A stretch of 64,000 nucleotides of DNA. Source: Eledone cirrhosa. Its lineage: Eukaryota. The notes beneath the pieces are model-generated. The model made no database searches, had not been told where the DNA came from, and saw only the letters and a list, made by a program, of their open reading frames with translations. Position numbers and translations under genes: made by a program. Shown in pieces: positions 55,663 through 64,000 of this stretch (position 1 is its first letter; every line of letters starts with the position of its first letter). The stretch is from the NCBI GenBank assembly GCA_964016885.1, contig CAXHJY010000838.1:1-64000 (forward strand), in the 5' to 3' direction.

Positions 55663-56980
55663 CAATAATGTTTTCATGTGTGTATGTTCACCACCTCCAT
55701 GGATTAGTAGCCACCTACATAGATATCTGTATGTTTCAGTTACATGATAGTACTTTACAGTATCTGTTTGTTTATGTAGTCAAGTAAGGTATTATTCCAT
55801 TGCATTATGCACGTGCAAATTATAATCTCTTGATAAATTGGCTGTGTGCCAAATTATCAGCAGCAGGCCTATGAGAACCCAAAAGAAATCCTAAGGAGGG
55901 CCAGTATAAGCAAACAGGTGGGTCGCAACATCTGTTTGAAATACCAAAGATATTGCTTTACTGTTGACATTGTTCTACACTGCTTCCACTGTGCCTCCAC
56001 AACAACTATAATTATAACAACAACTAAGTCGGTTGACTCCTTCCTTCTCTTAACCCGCCAACACACATTTCACCAGACTGTCTGTCAGGGGCTCCCTTAT
56101 GTAGCAATTTATATATGCATTCAGTAGCAGAAGCAGCACCTCGCTGCCAACAGAAATCTGATACATTAGGGTTAGGTAGATAAATATCCCAATTGAAGCA
56201 GACACTACAAGAAGCAGAAATGAATAAAGTTACAGCTTGTAAACTATAAATATGGACAACAATCACCTGTCTGCATACACAGAGCAAGTGGAAGTAGATT
56301 GAAATAAAGAGAACTTCACTAAAGTTAATATATATATATATTTGAATCTAAAGAAAAATAAAGTAAATAAAATGGTAAGAAAAAAAAAGAGAGAAGAATT
56401 TAAGAATGGTTTAAGTTATAGGGAGGGGGTAGGGAAAATGCTGAAATGTAACAGGAAATATGGAGAAGAAATATACAACAAAGTCAGCTGATGAGAGATA
56501 GGGGTGGGGAGTATAGTGAATTAGTAAACAGGTAGAGAGAATTAATAGTGTGTAGGAGGTACTTAAGTAAAACTCATATCAATAGGATGAAAATAGCCTC
56601 AGGCTGTTTGATTAGTTAAGGACTAAGGGACTTGTATGAAACAGTGTAGCATAAATATACCACTAATTACCCATAGTTATGTTGAAATGGATCCAGAGTA
56701 GATCATTACACCCCTAGTAATGTAACCATCAGTTCAGAGTAGAACATCAGGACAAAAGCAGAACTGATAAACCTTTCCTGTCCACACTTCATGTTATTAT
56801 GAATATTGGAATTCCTAACATTTCAGCCCACTAACCCTAGCTTAGAAAGTCATCAGTGGCCTGTTAACCTACACACTCTCACAGAAATAGGTTTATACAA
56901 TATTTATCTTATAGCCATAAACTTTTACTGCATTTTAGATCTCATTTTAGATCTCACGTTAGATCCATAAATAGTCTTTA

Positions 56981-57176
56981 ACGCCTTTTGTATTTACATT
57001 ACTCTATATATTACTATTATATTTTCATTTTATCTCACATAATATCTAACCTATGAGATTTTGATATGTATTTTGAGAACAAACACTTAAAATAAGTATG
57101 AGCAGCTGGTTACGTCTGGTTTCAACAGAGGTGAGGGAATTCTTGTCGGATACTACCAGTTTAAATGCTAAAGAGG
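56981..57176 (-). mobile_element. piggyBac-type MITE, decayed
   Basis: Family body; TTTAAATGCTAAAG end. Confidence 0.75.
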
Positions 57177-57823
57177 TAAGTTAGATTTCTTTTCAGCCAA
57201 ACTGTTTTGGGGTTGGATTTTTTTTTTTGTCTTAATTATCATCTAAGAATCCTTTCTGTCTGTTAGTCTGTGTACAATCAAGTATAATGAGAATCGAGAC
57301 ATGGTAGACTAATAAAGATCTATAGCAAATATAGGAACTTAGATTGGATAAAAAAACAGTAACGGGTGACTTTTAAACCAGTTATATCTATGTTCTCTCC
57401 TAAAACACCTTTCTTGAAAATAAAACGCAATATGTTTCTCTTTCTAATTCTTCCCTCCTCTCTCTCTCTATATATATATCTATCTATATATATCTTCCCA
57501 TTTCTCTCTTTCTATTTCTTCAGCTCCTCTCTCTCTCCCCTTTCTCACTATCTATGTATCTCTTCCCATCTTCTCTCTCTCTTCCTCAGCAGCTAGGTTT
57601 GAAGAAGCTATACAAGAGGTTGCTCACACCAGCATACTAACACAGATCTGCACCAGAATGCTGAACAGGATATTATGAAAATAGAATAAGGATTTCCAAC
57701 TTTGGTGCACATCAACAAATTAGGTGGGAGACAAGCTATCTTAATCACCTCTACTTATTGAATGTTGTTCATCATATTGAGTATTATAGTAGAAGAGATA
57801 TATGAATGTCACATAATTGCTTT

Positions 57824-57886
57824 ATTGTATAATATATATTTCTGTTACATTGTTATACATGTGACGTCATCAGGTGCTCATACAAT
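57824..57886 (-). ncRNA. Decayed hammerhead-like motif
   Basis: CTGATGA-c-GTcACAT-loop-ATGTaAC-a-GAAA-TATATA-TT-ATACAAT; stem I forms only with a 6-nt bulge. Confidence 0.35.
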
Positions 57887-58399
57887 CATATTTGCAGTTA
57901 AGCAATCATGGGGATATGTCGCTGGTCATGTATTTCCATCCTGCTGTGATGCCAGCAGACACACTCACACACACATATATATACACACACACACACACAA
58001 AAATACATCTATCTTAAACAAGGGTCAGATTTAACTTTAGGGATGATCACGTTAGAGTCCCTTAAGATAAAGGAAACTGTATGCGTATTTTCGCAGAGGC
58101 AAAATTAACTATTACCTCCTAACTGCTGCTTTCACAGACTAAAAGGTCAACAAAAATCCATATATATTTATAATGGAAGAAAGAATATTACCTGCAAAAA
58201 AAGTACAAGTCCAACTCCACAGATTCCTCTTCAGGGAGATTCTTCCTGGTGATGAAGCAATAGTAAAAAAAGTACTGAATAAATACTAAAAATATCTGTT
58301 ATATTTTGATGGAATATATCTATCATAAAATATGTCCTAATACTACAGGAACAATTGGAAACAGAAAAGCAATAAATTAGGGTCTGTATTGGGGGCATT

Positions 58400-59170
58400 T
58401 ATCCCGCCGAGGTTAACTTTGCCTTTCATCCTTACGGGGTCGATAAAATAAAGTACCAGTAATACACTGGGGAAATAGCTGGCCTGGTGCCAAAAGTAGA
58501 AACAATTATTAGATGTAGATAGGGTCATGGATTGGCAGTATTGGTAGAGGGTCTGACACCATGCTTTGCAGCAAAGAGTTACGGCCCTTTATGGTCCGAG
58601 TTCAAATTCCGCCGAGGTTCACTTTGTCTTTCATCCTTACAGGGTCGATAAAATAAAGTACCAGTAATACACTGGATAATTGCTGGCTGTGTGCCAAAAG
58701 TAGAAACAATTATTATATGTACCACATGGTGAACCTGTAACACTATTAAAGCACTAATTTGTATTCTGTATTTTATTTTTACAGTCTGTAATAATTGTTT
58801 CTACGTTAAGAACAAGGCCAGCAATTTGAAAGGGAGGGGAAAGTCGATTAAACCGACCCCAGTGCATTACGGGTGCTTTATTTTATCGATGAAGGGCAAA
58901 GCTAACTTCGGCGGGATTTGAAGTAATTAGACCCATCTATAACATGCTAGAGTGAAAAATGGACGTTAAACGATGATGATGATAATGATGAATTTTGACA
59001 CAAGGCCAACAATTTGTGGGAAGAACCAGAATTTGACTGGTACTTTATTCTATCTCAGAAGGATGAAAGGCAAAGTTGACCATGGTGGGATTTCAATTCA
59101 GAATATAAAGAACCAGCACAAATACCATAACCACATTTTTTTATGCCTTACGTGATCTGCCAATTCACCA
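58400..59170. mobile_element. SINE cluster (58400-58508 +, 58525-58712 +, 58790-58922 -, 58995-59170 -) with an RTE tail at ~58940-58990
   Basis: Family motifs on both strands. Confidence 0.8.
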
Positions 59171-60139
59171 CCTTTTTATATTCTATAATGATATTAATTT
59201 TTTATTAATGGATTTTACTGAAGGGAGATAGAACAGTAATACATAACATTAAATGTTACCTACTTTTAGTGAAACTAAGCCATGAGTCATGGTCTTAACA
59301 GACTATGTTTTATGTTGCTTGAGAACCACACCGATAATTGACACCTGATTAGTAACCTTGAGCTAAGATTCAATATAAGACTAATTCTTACTTTTCTCTT
59401 TCAATGCCATACCTTACAGAAGCCTAACTGCTATTTATTTAATTTTAAATGAATTTTTTTCCTTTCCTCTCTCAATCACAAACAACACACAAAGTATGCA
59501 CAGAGTTTTTAAAGGAAATAAGAAAAACATCATAGATTTATACTAGAAAGGTTTTAATCTTATATAAAAGGATGAAGAAAAAGGGCTCTTAGCTCCTAAT
59601 AGAGATATAGAGGCTCTGTGATGACACAGGATATGTCTTAGGTATATTAAATCTAGTGGAGCCCATCCTGTTTCAGGTTTGAAAACAGTAGATTTCTTCC
59701 AATGGAGAGAGAGAGAGAGAGCAAGAGAAAGTGATAAAGATAGAGGAAGAATCAACTCCAGTGCTGGAGTAGTTCTTCATTTATTATCCTCAAAAGTTGA
59801 CCTTAGAAGAAATAATTTATAAAGATAAATATAATAACTTTCTTTTATAAAAATGAAAACAAACTTCCATAAGAGAGAGAATATGAAGTTGTGTGGTTTA
59901 TGCCTTATCCAAGAGCGTTTAGCTACTAATCTATTAAGAAACAATACAGTAGTATTTTACAAGCCACAGGGAAATATTTGTTCAGGAATGATAACACAGT
60001 AATAAAAAGAAAACCTTCTTAATAGAGGAATTTATGCAGTGGAAAGAATTCAACGAGGCATAAATTGAAACACAAAGATGTCCATTCATAACATTTTTAG
60101 TTAACTAATGTTACTTCATGTTGTTTTCACAGCATTTCA

Positions 60140-60245
60140 TGTGTTGAAATGCTTGAACATGTGTGTATATTGAAATGCTTGTACATGTGTATATATTGAA
60201 ATGCTTGTACATGTGTATATATTGAAATGCTTGTACATGTGTATA
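60140..60245. repeat. 26-bp tandem repeat, ~4 copies
   Basis: TTGAAATGCTTGTACATGTGTATATA. Confidence 0.85.
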
Positions 60246-60284
60246 TGGCAGACTATTATAACATATGGCACACTTGCCAATAGT

Positions 60285-60500
60285 TAATTTAGGCACAAGG
60301 TCAGCAATTTTTTGAGAGGGCAGGGAGGAAAGTCGATCAAATCCCCTCCAGTACTTTATTGGTACTTAATTTCATCGATCCTAGGAATGATGAAAGATTT
60401 AAGTTGGCCTTGATAGAATTTGATGAAAGGAAAATTTGACCTAGGCAGGATTTGAACTCAGTATATAAAGGTTTCTAACAAATACATTTTGTCCAATGCT
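60285..60500 (-). mobile_element. Diverged Meta-core-like SINE
   Basis: GGCACAAGGTCAGCAAT, GGTACTT..ATCGATCC, GGATTTGAACTCAG. Confidence 0.7.
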
Positions 60501-60506
60501 GTTTAA

Positions 60507-60711
60507 CCCTTTAGCATTTACATTACTATATATATACTATTGTATTTTCTCGGTAAAGGCTTTATCTCACATAATATCAAATCTATGAGATTTTGATATT
60601 TATTTTGAGAAAAATACCTTAACATCAGTATGAGTAGCAAGTTATGGCTGGTTTGAACAGAAAGAGGTGAGTAAATTCTGATCAAATACAACTGGTTTAA
60701 ATGCTAAAGGG
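60507..60711 (-). mobile_element. piggyBac-type MITE
   Basis: Perfect TTAACCCTTTAGCATTTA / TAAATGCTAAAGGGTTAA ends. Confidence 0.92.
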
Positions 60712-61939
60712 TTAATGATGCTGCTAATCAGATTCATCCCATTTTTAATTAGAGCTTTGAAATTTAAAAAAAAAACTGTGTCAGCAAAATTCTTTCAGCT
60801 TCCTGGGATCTTAGAGATAAAGCAACAATCAAACACTGGAATCAGTTTAATTGACTAATAATAGTGTCACCTGGGCTTCTTTAAATAAGAGACTATTGCT
60901 GAGAATCTCAAATGGATCTCTTTAAAGAGTGGATGGACAATGTGCACCCCTCCTTCCCTTACCACCTTAATATTCCAGTGAGGAGCAGCAAACCTCAGAT
61001 ATTATTAGCTCTAAAATATTTAATGATGGATTAATTCCACAAATCCTATAAATAACATTGAATAAATGAAAGGAAGAGAAGGTGGTGGTCGTGGTGGTGG
61101 TGGTCGTGGTGGTGGTGGTCGTGGTGGTGGTGGAGAAGACGACTCTTGACATCCAACAAAGATTAAGGTTTCTAAAAAAATGTTAGTACATGGGCAAATC
61201 GTTGTGAAAATTGCAGTATTAAAATAAAGAATTCAATTTCTAATGTGATGAAATCATAGCGCTGTACTGCTCATTACACTTTCTATAAATGTCTTGCTAA
61301 TGTGGTTTCATGTGGTACAGAACATTAGGAGTCATATCAGACACAAAGCTTTACAATTGAAACTGTTTATTAAAATAAACAGATTTCAGATGATCTAATG
61401 TAATAGAAAATTCAAGAATGAAATGAAATGAATACATGTTAAAATAATGTAATTGAGCTGAGATTGCATGAAAAATAGGACATCGAAAGAGAATAGAACG
61501 AACCTACTTGACTTTTTAAAAGTGTATGCCAATACAATATTAGTGCAAGAAAGCAATTTCTCTAAGCACATCCTCTAAGTAAGTGACACATGCATTGAAT
61601 GAGATTGTCTTGCACCGATCTAGTAAACAGAGTTAATATAGCACACATTGGCCATGGCTCTAAATATTGCAGGATTTCAAGATAATAACCATTGTCTTGT
61701 CAGAGTTGAGAAAATGTTTTAATTTCTGTTCATAACTGAGACTTCACAGATACACACCTTGTATTAAAATAAAGTAGGGTTGATGCTAAAGTGACAATGC
61801 TACCTTAATATATGTCAATTACTTTATCTTCACAGTTAGCTCTCAGTGATTAGCCTGTTGGAACTTTATTGTAGCACAAGTATGTAACAATGCTCACAAA
61901 TATATTGTATATAATATGACTGGAGGCAGTAATGTTACA

Positions 61940-62570
61940 AACTGTGTTGTGTTACAAGGTGAGGAAGAATGGAGATGGCTGTGTTACAATGTAAGGGTGA
62001 CTGCAATGAGCTGTGTTACATGTTGAGGACAGCTGAAGAGGGCTGTGTTACAGGGTGATGACAACTGGACAGAGCTGTGTTACAAGATGAGGACAATTGG
62101 CGTGAATTGTGTTTCAAAATGACAACAACTGGAGAGGAGGGGCCAAGGTTACAAACTGAAAACTGCTGAAGAGGGCTGTGTTACAGGATGAGGAGAGCTG
62201 GAGATGGTTGTGTTACAGGATGAGGAGAGCTGGAGATGGTTGTGTTACAGGGTGAGGAGAGCTGGAGATGACTGTGTTACAGGATGAGAACAGCTGGAGA
62301 GGGCTGTGTTACAGAATGAGAACTTCTGGAGAAGGCTGTGTTACAGGTTAGGACTGCAAAAGAGGGCTGTGTTACAGGGTTAGGACTGCAAAAGAGGGCT
62401 GTGTTACAGGGTTAGGACTGCAAAAGAGGGTTGTGTTACAAGCTGAGGACTGATGGAAAGGGCTGTTACAAGATGAGGACAACTGGAGAGTATTGTGTTA
62501 CAGGGTGAGGACTTCTGGAAAGAGTTATGTTACAAGATGAGGACCCTTGGAGAGAGCTGTCTTACAAGCT
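61940..62570. repeat. Degenerate 32-bp minisatellite, ~19 units
   Basis: TGTGTTACAGGATGAGGAGAGCTGGAGATGGT and variants. Confidence 0.88.
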
Positions 62571-63389
62571 ACAATTTAAAATCCTCCAAACCTTTTCTGC
62601 CATGACTGTACCCCAACAAAATCACAAATATGAGAAAAAAAAATTAACAACTATAAGAAATAACCATGTATGATTCCAAATGAAGTAGTTGAGGTCCTGG
62701 TAATTCCATTGTTTTCTTTCCATTTTTTTAATAAAATTATATTTGGAAATCTTTGTCAAAATCCCATACATACCAATGAGTTTTCTTTCTTTAACATATA
62801 TTGCATACATCTGAATATAAGCTATTGTTGGTGGCAGCAAATCCACAAGTACCTTGTCATCTTTGCTCTGCTCTAATGATAGTAGATTTATAGCCCAGAA
62901 CTCATCAAGGTCTTGTGATATACATCTGCTATATTCTGTACATTCAATACTACACTACTACACATTTTGTCATACCCAGTTAGATCTTGTTTCTTGCAAT
63001 GTGAGATTTAGATCATGTCGGATCTAGTTTCTGGTTGTTTGTTTTACTTATGTTTTGTTAAGATTAGTATTGTGGATGATTGAAGAAAGTAAATATTTGT
63101 AGACTCCATAAATTGTCATAACACCAACTAATCTAAGGGCCTGGTGATATTCCAGCCTTTGTTCTAATAGCATACACAAATGTTTAAACAAAACTTTATA
63201 AAACAATTTTAAAAGTATTTTTCATGCAAGCAAGGAAAAGCATATGTATGATGATGATGATGATGATTTCAGTCCTAGAAAACTTTTGACAGTGTTGAAA
63301 AAGACAGTCATCACACCAATTTACAACACTTGCCATGTGCATACCTAAAATATTGGGACAAATAGTTTGTGTGAAAATTATTAGCTATC

Positions 63390-63760
63390 TGGAAATTAAT
63401 GTCTTTTTTGCAGAACTCAACATAGGTTTTACAGTTGATATTAAAAACTTGATAGCGTGTGTAGCTCGGAGATCAGAAATCACTCCAGGTAGAGCCGCTA
63501 CTTCTATGAATTGAGAGATCACAGCTCCAATACTATGGGCATGGGGTTAGAATGTCTCAGGAAAGAATCACTGGACATATTTTACAAGCAAAACCAACCG
63601 GCAGGAGACCCAGGGGCAGACCCGAAGCAAGATGGTTGGAAAACATTCATGAACTTGTTCGGTCTCACTTGTAAATGGTTGCTCCTACAGAACTTGCTGG
63701 AAGGAGTGTTTCAAGACTCTGCCCCCACAACCCTCTCAGAAATAACTGGGCAAAGAAGAA
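63390..63760 (+). mobile_element. Old RTE-clade (Expander/Rex3-like) LINE 3' remnant
   Basis: Translates LQVEPLLL*IERSQLQYYGHGVRMSQER...AKPTGRRPRGRPEARW. Confidence 0.75.
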
Positions 63761-64000
63761 GATATTAAACACATTATCTTCTGCATTATGGCAAGATATT
63801 GTAGACATAATTATATTTTGTTGTGATTGCTTAGCAAATATATTCACAAAAAAAAAAAGACTAAATATTTTTAATGAGATAGTAGTTTAGCTTTTTATCT
63901 AATAATCTAATAACAATTCTAGGCATACTGACTATCTTAGAATGTATAAGACAAAGATATGCCTTAACCTACATCTGGATGTTTAAGAACTAATTTTCAG

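Noticed and set aside
55846-56287. Overlapping short ORFs in unique sequence
   Set aside because: No recognisable domain or consistent splice signals
61030-61171. Minus-strand PPPPR-repeat or Thr-rich ORF
   Set aside because: Explained by a (GGT)4GTC-type microsatellite; no supporting gene structure

Overview
AT-rich, repeat-dominated eukaryotic DNA, probably intergenic or intronic. The SINE and RTE families and the very high microsatellite load resemble a coleoid cephalopod (Octopus-like) genome; this is an inference. No host gene can be called with confidence, and nearly all ORFs in the track are microsatellite artefacts. The only long real coding frame is a young 5'-truncated RTE-clade LINE (41332-43646) with a PHD-like Cys/His finger next to its reverse transcriptase core. 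Other contents are RTE and R4-clade remnants, many tRNA-derived SINEs, 11 copies of a TTAA-flanked piggyBac-type MITE, hAT and mariner MITEs, and 31-, 32- and 44-bp tandem arrays. Two signals stand out. (1) Several sequence-unrelated short fold-back elements sit in TA microsatellites and carry minimal type I hammerhead ribozyme motifs; two are complete, at 7519-7582 and 7897-7956. Their inverted-copy-plus-tail layout matches Penelope-like pseudo-LTR remnants, and their breakpoints repeatedly fall at the ribozyme core. (2) A 4.3-kb, 44-bp satellite has expanded inside one intact copy of the piggyBac-type MITE, apparently seeded by a 9-bp internal direct repeat. There is also one low-confidence candidate exon for a secreted Cys-rich peptide (4831-5028, minus strand).
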